DNA of 64,000 nucleotides from Haliotis rubra (GCF_003918875.1 NW_025765054.1:62001-126000), one strand, 5' to 3'; counted from the first letter of the stretch, positions 12,406-26,490 are shown. Numbers and translations: made by a program. The notes: generated from the letters alone by a model not told the origin.

Positions 12406-14943
12406 TCATATCATTATGTCGGATGGGACAAGTCTGGCAGTAACAAGAGCTACCGAAGTCACATAACCGTTCTCCTGGTTGGAGAAGTTAACCTGGACCT
12501 GGATAGCAGTAGAGTTCAACAAGTTAGGAGGGACCTCAAACTCCCAAACGTCCATGTTGGTATACATGTCACTGTTGTGTCTATCTGAGTCATACAGCTT
12601 GAAGAAGGAGTCAAGAGTTTGGCCGTTGAGGGTAACAGATTTCACATCGTTGGTTTCAGTAGTGAGCCAACTGGTTGAAACTCGCAGATTCGCGCTTTGG
12701 AATTCGCCAACCGGAAGTGATATGGTTGTTACAGCGATGCTGTCCTTGATAGGTATAATAACATCTGTTCCGTAATATGTCGTTTCATTGAGAGTAACTT
12801 TAGGTTGTTGGTCTGATGGGATCTTGAATGTAAAGCGACATGTTGCTTCAGGAGGAAGTTCAACCATTCCTTGAGTTTTCCCGATGTCAAAGGGTTCGTT
12901 GAAGGTCATGACCGGGTACCAGTTGTCCTTGATGGTGATACAAGTAGCTTCGCCCATGGTCGGTGTGATCCAGTCGTCTTGGAAAATTAGCTTAACGGTT
13001 TGTGACTGTTGTGAATAGTTGTGAAGGAGAATGACGGTTTCATTCTTCAAAGGACTGGCCATTGCCAGCGGTGACACAGTTCGTTCCTGTCCGTCCGATT
13101 GGCTGGAGGTTCTGATGAAGGAGTACTCTGACGTGAAATCGTTCCAAAACTTGAAAACGTCGACCAAACGTGTGGCATTTCCTTGCTGGGTGAAAAGTGA
13201 CCAGTTGAGACTGTCATGTCCTTGACGTTGCTCGTTGGCTAACAAAAACACCACTGTTCTATCAATGTATTCTCTGAGACCAAGTTGGGTGAATCGGTGG
13301 CCATTGATGCAATATATTGTTGAAAAATCGACTATACCCGATGGAGCATCTTTGCTAATACCTTTTACTCCCCCGCGACCATATTCACTGATAATGATGG
13401 GAATAGATCTTCCCTTCTTTCGATGGACATAGCTTTCAAGGAGGTCGACAAATGCTACCAAACGGGCTTCATTATTTCCAGTGAATTTATGGGTTTTCCC
13501 CGAAACAACTAGAGAGTTGTATGAATGAAAGGAAAATACGTCTAATTGATCTAATGCGATGTCCAGAAACTGTACCAGTTTTGGCCAGAAGGAGAAGTTA
13601 TTTCTGTCTACGTCTGTATTATATCCTGTCATTGTTGGACCCGCCACTTTGATGTTAAATCTGGAATGGAGTTTCTCAGCAACTGCTTTATGGTAGATGC
13701 TGACAGTGGTGCTGAAGTTCATGATGTCCCCTTTAACATCTGGTTCATTGACGACTTCAAAGTAGGGCGGTATCTGACCTTGGGTGTAGTCATAAACTCC
13801 TTGCACCATTAACATAATGAACTCTGCAGCAGCATCTATGGTGTTTGGGAAATGACCTTGATGTTCTGACTGGTTCATCCAGTTGGGCCAGTTAAGAGCT
13901 GAAACATATGAATGAACAACACATTGATGCATACTGTTGGTGGGATGTTCTCCTTTTCATCGAAATGTACTCAGACATTTAATTACGGATATGGATACCT
14001 CCCAGACACTTACATTTATATCACATATAAGTACTGGTAAAGTTCTTGTTTTCAGGATGCATTTACATCTTGTCACCATGATCATTTCGTTCTTGTAACC
14101 ACTGTTAATGTTGGCAAGATAGGTGGAGAACAGTTCCTGTTGCTTGGTGACGTTCTTCAGGTAGTTCGGGTCTGGGTAGCCACTACGACTAGGGTCCTGT
14201 GGCCACTACAAAATAAACAATTTCGATGGATGATCGTCACTGACGATTAGATGAAAATAAGTTTGGCAATACTTATATAAATACATCTAATCGTGTTTAA
14301 ACAAAAAGAATGATTATACCAATGATACTTATTCACAAACAATATACACGTACAGATTGTAAAAAATCTTAGTAATTTAATTCAATCTAACTCAGTTCAA
14401 ACACTACTAGATATTCCTGCCACATAACCAACCTTATCCTTACCAGCGGTCATCCTTCAGTTAATGTCTATCCAAGCAAAAATGGATCAATGACTTCCAT
14501 TAATGATATATAGATCGAAACAATATATCAATTCGATAGGGCTTTACAGGGATAAATGGAAATCCAATTAAAAGTACATAGTGTTATGTATGTAAAGTGA
14601 ATACAATATGCAATGGTTATATTGTCATAATACAGCAAATCTGATTCAACATCTCGTTCTACAAATGTTGCATACACACATACATAGGAAAAAAAAGTCT
14701 CACATCTTGAAAGAGATTATCATTTAAATCTCTGTTCATCCAGCGTCCGCTGTCAGTCCGAATACTACGACAACTTGGTATCAGGTATTCATGTTCCAGA
14801 CCATTGTGCTTGCTCCATCTGTCAGGTTCATAGCGAACATTACCTCCCTTTGCCAGCCACTGAGGATAGATTGTCACAGTCGTGTTACTGTATACATTGC
14901 TTATTGATAGACTCAAAATGAAAACAACTGGCGTCCATTCCAT
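12406..14943 (-). CDS. GH86-like beta-porphyranase/beta-agarase paralog copy 2, intact, 623 aa, secreted
   Basis: Exons 14943-14704, 14205-14067, 13898-12406 (1872 nt, phases 0 and 1, GT-AG). Signal peptide MEWTPVVFILSLSISNVYS; acid/base NEP (E 13746-13744); nucleophile ISEYG (E 13386-13384). Confidence 0.9.
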
Positions 14944-15594
14944 TTTCCCTGATTTGTAGCATTTCCCAACAAAGGTCATAACTAGTTCAGTTGCAAGCGA
15001 CAGTGTCTTATAGCTCAGACGTTTGCCGCTGATAAGGTATCGCTGACCTTAATACACATACACCACACTGTTAGAACGTGATCAGTTACGCAGGGTCAAC
15101 TGTTATTTAGGTCTATCGGAAGGGTTGGCTATTCCATATCTGATTATACATGAATATGCATTGCATGGTTTACGGTTAAGCACTATTTTCGTCTGCCCAC
15201 CAACATGTCCCTCACCAAACAACCTACAAGTACATGGATAGATTACGGCGGTTATACTGACGGAAGTTACACGTATGTCTTTAAAGATTGATTTAGCGAT
15301 GATGGGTTCTACTCATTACTTGCGTAAAAAACAGAAATAGGTCTCAATACATGCAAACATACTTCACAAGCATAGAAACCAATATTCAGGCGAACAAGAT
15401 CAAAATATCCTCTGCTTTCCGAATAAAATTCAGCAAGAAAAATATGTCTACGTTGATTCAATGTTTTGTCAAAGCAGATTAAGGAGCTGACCGTTACATA
15501 ATTTAAATATATTATCAGCTTTCGTTGACGATATTATATCGCCACGAATCTTGATCCGAACATCGAACACCGAAGAAAAGCCTTCTGTCCACAG

Positions 15595-16335
15595 GAGTGA
15601 GTGAGTGAGTGAGTTAATATTTAACGTCACATCGGCAATATTTCAGCCATATCGTGACGAAAACAATTTATACAATAAATTGTAACTCACTCACTCACTC
15701 ATACCGTTTCGGGCGATACCACTTGACGTATTAACACGTAACCAAAGAAAGAGTTCCAACTGAAATTGTTCATACAGTTGTCATGGTAGAATGTATGGCG
15801 ACGATGGACAGTACAAATACTAGAGAATAACAGATATGAATATAAAACTTGCACGCAAAGCTAAAACATTCCAATTAAAGAAGACAATACAGTATAAAAC
15901 ACGGGCTATAGATCGCCAACAACTCGTACTATCGACGATGGACAGTACAAATACTAGAGAATAACAGATATGAATATAAAACTTGCGAGCAAAGCTAAAA
16001 CATTCCAATTAAAGAAGACAATACAGTATAAAACACGGGCTATAGATCGCCAACAACTGAAGGTAGATCACCATACTAGGATCCATGGGGACTTACATTA
16101 CTTTTGCTACCTGCATGGACCCTAGCTGGATATATACCATCCCTTCAGCTGCTGGCAATTGTAAGAATGTCAGCCAAAATAAAAATAACCAGAATACTAC
16201 GTTTAAACAACCTGGCGATTGTAGGAAAATTTAGCCGGCAGTTAAAACAACAAAAATACTCCGTTTAAAATGTGGCAAATTTACATTATACTTTGAAAGT
16301 TTTGGGACTTACGTACCCTCTCAGGAGGACAATCA
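15595..16335 (-). mobile_element. I-clade/Nimb-like LINE 3' UTR pieces with an internal ~130-bp tandem duplication
   Basis: gagtgagt tail; block starting cgacgatggacagtacaaatactagag occurs at ~15800 and ~15934. Confidence 0.7.
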
Positions 16336-17399
16336 GAAGCTGCAAAATTCACTTAGAACCGTTCTGGCTCTTTTTCTAAAAGATATAATGTCGTTGAAAA
16401 AATTATTTAGCCTAGTCACGATCCCTCTTCTCCATTACATCGCTTGATCTAAAGTAGTGTATTTAAGTAACATTAATTACCTTCACGTATTTATGCCCCT
16501 CACGTCCTGTTCCTTTCTTTCGGAAATATCACCCCAAATCCGGCTTTTTGTCAACAGCCTTGCGAACATGACAGGGAATCCTACACTACGCTTTGAAGCC
16601 ACAAGGTCACAACACATTTTCCAAAATGATGAAAACAATATCCGGTGAATCGCATTTGAGCACAAAGTACAGAAATAAGTGTGTAAGTGTCACCACAGTG
16701 ACTCGTCGCACGCAGGCATAGAGGTATTTGAAATTGTAAAGTTGACACAGAATTCAACAGTATCTAAATTCGTACAACACGGACTTCTCATCAAAACAAG
16801 CGCCTCAACTCTTACATTTTACAAGGTATCAACAATTAGATGTAAAGGACTCTATCTCAGTAATGCAATCAGGTTAGCCATGCACTAACTGTCAGAAGCA
16901 CTCCTGTCGCATCTTACCAAATTTCCAATATGTAACGTCAAGGTAAACAATGACTGCCGAGAAATGGTCAGGGCAATGAGGTCGCAGCCATTATTTGGGT
17001 GGGGAAAGTGTGTACGGTGGAATTTAAAATGTAACATTTTTAAAAATATTTGATATATGTTTTCCATTTCATCAGTTAATGATTGGTGATTAATGCAGTG
17101 AAAAAGCAAATGCTATTTGGTATTACTTAAGCTGGTGTTTGTTAGTAAGACGGTTTTACCACCAATCATACCGTTTCGATCCAGCTAGGGCCCATGCTGG
17201 AAGCAAATGTACTGTAAGTCTCCATGGTCCCTAGTATGGTGATCTACCTTCCGTTGTTGGCGATCTATAGCCCGTTTTTATATTGTATCGTCCTCTATAG
17301 TTAAACTGTTTTAGATTTAATTACTAGTTTTAAATATATATCCGTGATAATCTAGTAGTTTTACTGTCCTTTGTTGACAGGTGTTTATGATTTAATTTT

Positions 17400-19108
17400 T
17401 ATTCTACCATGGCTACATGAAATGCTCGAATTTGATTGGTCAATCAACAAAAATAGACACTATCAATTTCGATTGAAAATGCGTCTGATTTTATGACCGC
17501 TTCACTGCGAACGTATACAACACTGACGCACTACTTCCGCTTGACCACCAACATGGAGGATGAAAACACAGCCGACACGATGGATTTCGGTTTATTTTCA
17601 ATAGGCAGTTTTACGGATGTATATGGTCCGGACCTGGACGAATTCGGCGATGACGAGTTTGACTCAATCCTGGCAAATGTAACCAGTTCAGGTGAATTGA
17701 CCCCAGAAACTTTAGCCTAATAATATCTTGGATATAAATCAATTGGAAAATGTCGTCTGCTAATGTCTAAGCCTGCCTGTCTGATGAAAACATCTTTTTC
17801 TTAAATATTTGTAAATATTTCGTTACAAGATAACAAAAGTACATAATCATTTTCAACCTCGTTTATTCTCAGAAATCACAGAAAGTGCCTTAGCAGAGCA
17901 GATTACATGTGCACCAACCATGCCTAAGGAGAAAGAAATAATTGGCGTTGGGAACTTGAATACGGGTAGGGCGAAAATAACTAGTAATGAAAAAGACAGT
18001 AATCCGGAAACATTGAAAAAGCGAAAACAACCGGTTACTATGACTGTACGAGCTTTGTTTACAATTTTATAAAGGGGCCTGTCAGTGTCATTAGCCACCT
18101 GATCTAGATTGCCAACAGAATAGATCTACATTTGTATTTTGTGTCGTGAATGGGTTGTTTCTTTTCTAAAAAAACCACATACCTAATAAATTATTCCCAC
18201 AGACACAAGGGATGCAAAAGAAAAAACTTCAGGAAAAAGCCAAGGCCGCTTCGCAGCAATAGATGAAGCTGACCTTGATTCAATTTTCTTGGATGGCCGA
18301 CCCAAATCAACCCTACGGACAACACACTGGGGAGTTAAGATTTTTCAACGTGAGCGAAATATTAATAATAAAACATTGATTAAACCTTGTTTCAAATAAA
18401 ATTATATGAATATTCCCACCGTATTTGTGAGTGAACCTCGCTATCACATAAGCTTCCATTACAAGAATTTTTAAACACAATTACAATTTATAGGCCCAAC
18501 CATAAATAAACAATATTTAACATTGCACAAAGCCTTGTAAAAATACATCCCTATTTATGTAAAAGATAACAGCAAAATGTTAGTAAAATATGTGCCTACC
18601 TGGTAAACGATATGGTTTTTTTCCGTTCAGAATGGCTCACACATCATGAAATATCCAGTAACTTTGAAGCACTTCCAAAAGAACAACTGGCGTCACACCT
18701 CCGACACTTTTATGCGGAACTTCGCACTACTGAGGGAAAATACTATTCAAAGTCTTCTTTCGTCGGCATCCGATCGGCGATTCACAGACATCTGAGATCT
18801 CCTCCGTTTGAAAGAAACATCAACATTTTGCAGGACATTGCGTTTCATAGTGCCAACAATGTATTCCTAGGAATGCTAAGGAAAATTAAAACACTTGGTC
18901 TGGACAATGCACAACACCACGAACCCATCTCACAGGCAGATCTTGCAAAAATTAGAAATTCTCTATCTGTCGACACACCACTTCAGTTACAAAGAAAGGT
19001 GTGGTTCGATTTAACTTTGGGCTTTGGTCGCAGGGGGAATGAGAATCAGCGTGATTTAACGATTCATTCATTTGCTGTAGAATCCGATGATGTAGGTATG
19101 GAGTATAT
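17400..19108 (+). mobile_element. Crypton-like tyrosine-recombinase transposon (DUF3504/ZMYM-KCTD1-type), intron-containing, 3'-truncated
   Basis: Predicted phase-1 exons 17553-17691, 17873-17965, 18203-18349, 18631-~19105. Translation includes RFAAIDEADL...PKSTLRTTHWGVKIFQQW...LRHFYAELRT.EGK.YSKSS..GIRSAIHRHL...LQRKVWFDL.L.FGRRG.ENQR. Confidence 0.75.
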
Positions 19109-20751
19109 ACCTTGTTTTAGTCACGATATGGCTGAAATATTGCTGATGTGACTTAAAACCTTAACTCACTCACTCACTCACTCAGTTGTTGGCTTAATTA
19201 CTGATTTAATTACTAGTTTTAAATTCATATGTGGTAATCTAGTTATGTTACTGTCCTTCGTTGACAGGTTTTAATAATTTACCATAAATAACAATTAATT
19301 GTTCTCGTCACGATATGGCTGAAATATTGCCGATGTGACGATAAATTGTAACTCACTCACTCACTCATACCGTTTCGGGCGATACCACTTGACGTATTGA
19401 CACGTAACCAAAGAAAGAGTTCCAACTGAAATTGTTCATACAGTTTTCATGGTAGAATGTAAATAACCCTACAGTGTTTTGAAATTAGAGGTAGTATAAA
19501 GGAATTATAAATTAAATTTAAAATTATTATAATGCAGTTATTTTACCTTATATTTCAAAACACAGATGGTTTATCTCCTGAATAAATACTGATTGAAAGT
19601 TGTACTGTACGGGCACGTGTTTTCACAAACTAAGTGTATATTGTAGCGTCCATGTAGCGTCAATCTAGATTCACTCACTCACTGTAAATATTGCATACAC
19701 AATTGTAACTAAGTTCATTTGTCAGTTGATTGTTGTTGATTAATAGTATTATATTCAAGTTATTTGCCTAGACGACTGTACGTGTTACCTCATCAACTGC
19801 ATTGCACCTCTCTGTCATAATATGTATAGCTTGTGTAATAATATGCAGACGTGTGTGTATATATAGTTACCATCTGGGTTACAATATCCACTCTTAATTA
19901 GGTCGGACGTCGGACACGTATACATGCACAACAGATATACATGTGAGTAAATATGTCTTCTTTTAACCATATTATTGTCAACTGAGAAAATAACGTTTTT
20001 GGAAATTGGTTATCATTCCTCTATGTCTAAGACAAAAATTTATTTGACAATGTCTACTGGGGAAAATTTTATCCCTCCATCATGATGTTGCAGAAATATA
20101 CCCTGACCACATTATGCACGATTTCGTGTATATCAAGAATACCCAAACTCTAAACTTCTAATAGGTGTCGCCCACACATCTGCCAGACTGATGCAATATA
20201 TAGGTGACATGAAGAGGTTAAAGTTGCAGATGACAGGAATATACGTGCAAAGGTAGTTGTCCAATGTTGTATTCCGTTCGAAAAACCGCATCGAGCTTGC
20301 TTAAATTGTCCAGAAGTATGTGGTTGTCTCAGAAACGGTACTGGAATCTTCATAATCCGCGACACAAATCACTTTACCATGTGCTCAAAAAAGAATTGCT
20401 AAAAGATTATCAAGTCGTCCTTTAGATTTTTTAAAATCTGAACAAACACACAGTTGCCCCCATATGTACATAATGTCTTCATCATCTGTCCTGCGGTACG
20501 TGTCAATGTTGTAGTAAATGTCTAAAAGCACCTTCCGTTAATAAGGAAACCCCACTCCCGGATAACATTATCCATTTCGAACTCAAACACTGAGGTCATG
20601 TAAGAGTTTAACAGTTAACTGGCAGATATATATTGTTCTATAGCTAGCAAAAACCTGCCACTGAATACCTTAGTACTGATATAACAACAAATATGCATGA
20701 TACATTATCACATGACATTGTTTTTTTTATAGAAATCAATGTTTTTGAGCA

Positions 20752-23586
20752 TCATATCATTATGTCGGATGGGACAAGTCTGGCAGCGACAAGAGCTACC
20801 GAAGTCACATAACCGTTCTCCTGGTCGGAGAAGTTAACCTGGACCTGGATAGAAGTAGAGTTCAACAAGGTGGGAGGGACCTCAAATTCCCAAACATCCA
20901 TGTTGGTATACATGTCACTGTTGTGTCTGTCTGAGTCATACAGCTTGAAGAAGGAGTCAAGAGTTTGGTTGTCGAGGGTTACAGATTTCACATCGTTGGT
21001 TTCAGTAGTGAGCCAACTGGTTGAAACTCGCAGATTTGCGCTTTGGATTTCGCCAACCGGAAGTGATATGGTTGTTACAGCGATGCTGTCCTTGATAGGT
21101 ATAATAACATCTGTTCCGTAATATGTCGTTTCATTGAGAGTAACTTTAGGTTGTTGGTCTGATGGGATCTTGAATGTAAAGCGACATGTTGCTTCAGGAG
21201 GAAGTTCAACCATTCCTTGAGTTTTCCCGATGTCAAAGGGTTCGTTGAAGGTCATGACCGGGTACCAGTTGTCCTTGATGGTGATACAAGTAGCTTCGCC
21301 CATGGTCGGTGTGATCCAGTCGTCTTGGAAAATTAGCTTAACGGTTTGTGACTGTTGTGAATAGCTGTGAAGGAGAATGACGGTTTCATTCTTCAAAGGA
21401 CTGGCCATTGCTAGCGGTGACACAGTTCGTTCCTGTCTGTCCGATTGGCTGGAAGTTCTGATGAAAGAGTACTCTGACGTGAAATTGTTCCAAAACTTGA
21501 AAACGTCGACCAAACGTGTGGCGTTCTTGCTGAGTGAAAAGTGACCAGTTGAGACTGTCATGTCCTGGAAGTTGCTCGTTGGCTAACAAAAACACCACTG
21601 TTCTATCAATGTATTCTCTGAGATCAAGTTGGGTGAATCGGTGGCCATTGATGCAATATATTGTTGAAAAATCGACTATACCCGATGGAGCATCTTTGCT
21701 AATACCTTTTACTCCCCCCGCGACCATATTCACTGATAATGATGGGAATAGATTTTCCCTTCTTTCGATGGACATAGCTTTCAAGGAGGTCGACAAATGC
21801 TACCAAACGGGCTTCATTATTTCCAGTGAATTTGTGAGTTTTCCCCGAAACCACTACCGAGTTGTATGAATGAAAGGAAAATACGTCTAACTGATCTAAT
21901 GCGATGTCCAGAAACTGTACCAGTTTTGGCCAGAAGGAGAAGTTATTTCTGTCTACGTCTGTATTATATCCTGTCATTGTTGGACCCGCCACTTTGATGT
22001 TAAATCTGGAATGGAGTTTCTCAGCAACTGCTTTATGGTAGATGCCGACAGTGGTGCTGAAATTCAAAACCTGATTCTCAGCCTCTGGTTCATTGATGAC
22101 CTCAAAGTAGGGCGGTATCTGACCTTGTGTGTAGTCATAAACTCCTTGCACCATTAACATAATGAACTCTGCAGCAGCATCGACGTTGTTTGGGAAAAGA
22201 CCTTGATGTTCTGACTGATTTATCCAGTTTGGCCAGCTACGAGCTGGAAGATATGAATGAACAACACATGAATGCATACTGTTGCAGTGATGTTCTCCTT
22301 TTCATAGAAATATGCCAATCCATTTAAATTAGATCGTTTTATTTCAAGACACTTGTCTCTTTTGTTGAATGTAAGAATTTAGACAAATGTTCACTAGAAC
22401 CATTCTCAAACTTGTTTACAGAATTCTGTGAAGCTAAACTTACTTTACAGTCGCAATAAATGCACCATAGATATTAACATACATAAATTTTACATTTGAT
22501 TGTGAAATAACATCGAGTTCGAAATGTTGTTTCCATGTACATCTTTGAATGGAAGCATATTGTAATTGCATAACTTTAACAGAAAGAGAAAACCCCGGCG
22601 TCTAAGTTTCTAGAATTTGTATTGCAGAAATGCGTTGCTCAGGGTTATGTGGGTCTAATTCCCACATTCGCTCGTAGAATGTTCTTTCTTTTGTCAGTTC
22701 AATACACATATTCGTATTTGTAAACACCAAGCATCAGTCAATAGGCTACGCCATATATATTACATATAAGTTCTGCTAATGACTTGTTTTCAGGGTGCAC
22801 TTACATTTTGTCTCCATGATCATTTCGTTCTTGTAACCACTTTTAATGTTTGCAACATACGAGGAGAATAGTTCCTGCTGCCTGGTGACATTCTTCAGCT
22901 AGTTCGGGTCTGGGTAGCCACTACGGTTAGGGTCCTGTGGCCACTACAACATAAACAATTTCCAGTTAGTGTTTATATAGATGATTACGTGTCACTAACA
23001 ATTAGGTAAAATTTTATTATTGGTAATACTAGTATAAATAATAAATTAACCGTTTTTAAACAAAATTGTCTGAATGACAAAAGATTCTCATTATGTTACT
23101 TATTCACAAACAATCTAGTTTAATTCAAACAACACTACACTACCTAATAACCAGCCCTGATATGATCAGTGACTATCCCACAGTTGATGACTATTCAAGT
23201 AACAAAGAAACGATGCATTTCATTGCCAATATCTAGATCTAAACGGGCAATGGTCATGTTTTGTTCTGGTTAGATACAGCAAATCTGATTCAACATCTCG
23301 TTCTGCGAATGTTGCATACACGCATACATAGGAACAAAAGTCTCACATCTTGAAAGAGATTATCATTTAAATCTCTGTTCAACCAGCGTCCGCTGTCAGT
23401 CCGAATACTACGACAACTTGGTATCAGGGATTCATGTTCCAGACCATTGTGCTTGCTCCATCTGTCAGGTTCATAGCGAAGATTACCTCCCTTTGCCAGC
23501 CACTGAGGATAGATTGTCACAGTCGTGTTACTGTATACATTGATGATTGAAAGGCTCAAAATGAAAACAACTGGCGTCCATTCCAT
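20752..23586 (-). pseudogene. GH86-like paralog copy 3, pseudogene
   Basis: Exons 23586-23347, 22943-22805, 22243-20752. In-frame TAG in exon 2 (22901-22899; TAC in copies 1, 2, 4, 5), +1 in a G run near 21715, 2-nt deletion near 21525. Confidence 0.85.
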
Positions 23587-26490
23587 TTTGCCTGATTTGT
23601 AGCATTTCCCAACAAAGGTCATAACTCGTTCAGTTGGAAGAGGCTGTGTCTTATAGCTCAGACGTTTGCCGCTGATAAGGTATCGTTGACCTTAATACAG
23701 CTACACCACACTGTTGGAACGTGATCAGTTTGTTATTTCTCCTTTGACATATAGAGATAGATTGAAAGATATATAGATAACAATATACATGTAGTTCAAC
23801 AAGAGAACGTGAACAAACATTATCTCAATGCCTCAACGCGTGAATAGTATTGTCAAAAATCAAAACTAATTTTGAAACGTGAAACGATTAAAAACTGCAG
23901 TATCCCAGCTATATGGTTGGGTCTGATGTGAATACAGTGATTGAGGTCATGAGTTTGAAGATCAGGGTGTTACGGCGGTAAACCACTTCGCCTTCTTTTT
24001 CGAATGATTGGTGGCCGGTGCTGAAGTGGACCTTTGTGATTGAATTGGGCTGAATTTCATCTAAGAACCAGACGTAGATTCAGTGACTGGGCCAATAGTT
24101 TTAAGGGCGGAAGCTAAAGAAATAGTTTTTTTGTGACTTGATCCTAATGACTTCAGTCTGACATGCAGAAGTGACACTGCTACAGAGTGGAATATGTGAT
24201 AGACTGATTGAAGTTGAAGACTGATTTGTCACTCACATTTGGGATCAAGGTGTAAAATCAGGATCTGGATGAAGTAGCATGTGGGCCTTTACAGTTTGCG
24301 CATCAGCCCGATTCAATCACAAACGTCCACTTCAGCACCGGCCACCAATCATTCGAAAAAGAGTTGAGTTGAGTTGGGCTTTACGTCACATCGAGATTAA
24401 GTCTGCATTAATAAACATATATTCGAAAAAAAAGAAAGGGAGAGATGCATATAGTGACAAACATCTTTTGAAACTTTCTTTAACCTCTAGATACGGGGGT
24501 TACTCAGTCCTCACAGGGCATTCACGAGACAGATTTCCCATTGACTCAACTGTCCCTTATAACACTATGGAATTGCAGAGGGCTTAAACTATCTTCTATG
24601 AAATACAATTATTGATACAGGTTTTTTCAGTCATCAGCATTATGTCTCCAAGAGACACATCTGAAGACATCAGACACCCTTAGTTTAAGTTAGTATAAAG
24701 ACCATCACTCATTCTCTCCTCCAGTAGATACAACATCTGTAGGTGCTTCTGTTTTGGTACGGGAGGGTAACATACATGACCCTGTCGCTCTTAACACTAA
24801 TCTTCAAACTGTAGCTGTTCGTCTGACTCTGCTCATTGCGTTGACACTGCGCAGCTTGTGTATCGCTCCCTCTTTTGGTATCCTTGAGGAATTCATTTCT
24901 AGTGAATATCATACTAGGTATTTCAACGATGATTCAACCACCTATTTACATATAGCCACTGTAGCATATTCTGCCCTATAGCTGGCACTCACCGATCCCA
25001 CCTTATATAATGAATTTGAATGAGTAGTCCAAGATGACCTATATGGGAGCGATCACTTCCCTACCATTCTCAAAACGCTTAACCCTGGTGATGATCCATC
25101 TTTATCAAGAAGGAACGTCAACAAGGCTGATTGGTCATTATATGAGACTCTATGCACTTATCACTTACAACAGCAAAGAAACAAAAGAAGCAGAAATCTT
25201 GAAGGAACTATGCTTCCAAAGTAAATTCGCGTACACCCATGTCAAAGGTGTAGAACGAGATACAGAGGATAAACGGCAAAGGTTCAAAATCTACCGTTCA
25301 CCATCTGCAGGATGGTGCCAATTTATTAACTGATGAAGCTGACATTGTCAATAAACTTTGTGAAACACTCGCCAAGCATTCTTTGTCATCAACGTATGTG
25401 CCTGACATCAGTAAATGTTCCACCTTTGTGTCATACTGTCATAATACCTAAGCCTGGCTGGGATCGTACTGATCCTTGTTATTACAGACCAATATATTTA
25501 TGTCTGTAAAACCATGGATAATAAATATTAGTGAGTGAGTAAAGGTTTATAGTCACATCGGCAATATTTCAGCCATATAGTGATTTAAAAAGTTATAATT
25601 TGATAATAAAGGGGCAAAAAAACTTTTCTACGAAGGACACTAAAATAACCATATTATCACAGGTACAAACGTAAAACCAGTAATTAAATCTAAAACATTT
25701 TTATTATTGAGGGCAACACAATATAAAACCAGGCTATATATCACCAACAACTCAAGGTTGATCACCATACTAGGGACCATGGTGACTTATGGTACCTTTG
25801 CTACCTGCATGGCCCCTAGTTGGATTTACACCATCCCTTCAGCCGCTGGCGATTGTAGGAAAATTTAGCCCTAATTTAAAAGAACAAAAATACTAAGTTT
25901 AAATATCTTATAAGCTTAAAGTTAGCTTTGAAAGTTTGGGGACTTACTTACCCTCTCAGGAGGATAGTAATTTTTCGTCACTTCAACCCCCTTTCAGGGT
26001 ACAGCCACTAAAATCTCAGTTACTAATCCAAGTGAGTTAATTTAGTTTTTTTTTACGCCATACTCAGCAATATTACAGCTATATGGAGGCGGTCTGTAAA
26101 TAATCGCCATGGTCCCTAGCATGGTGATCAGCCTGCAGTTGCTGGCGATATATAGCCCATTTTTACATTGTATTGTTCAAAAATAGTTTTTACTTTTAAA
26201 GATATATGCTAGCTAGTTTTAACTCATTTTGTGATAATCTAGTAATTTTACTGTCCTTCATTCCAGGGTTTTATATATTATATGTGAGAACTAGTTTTAG
26301 TCAAGATATGGCTGAAATATTGCCAATGTGACTTTAAATTTTAACTCACTCACTTACTATGTATAACAATTAAATGTTCTCGTCACGATATGGCTGAAAT
26401 ATTGCCGATGTGACGATAAATTATAACTCGCTCACTAACTCACTCACTGTAAATAATCGAGTCTGGACCAGACAATCCAGTGATTAACAC

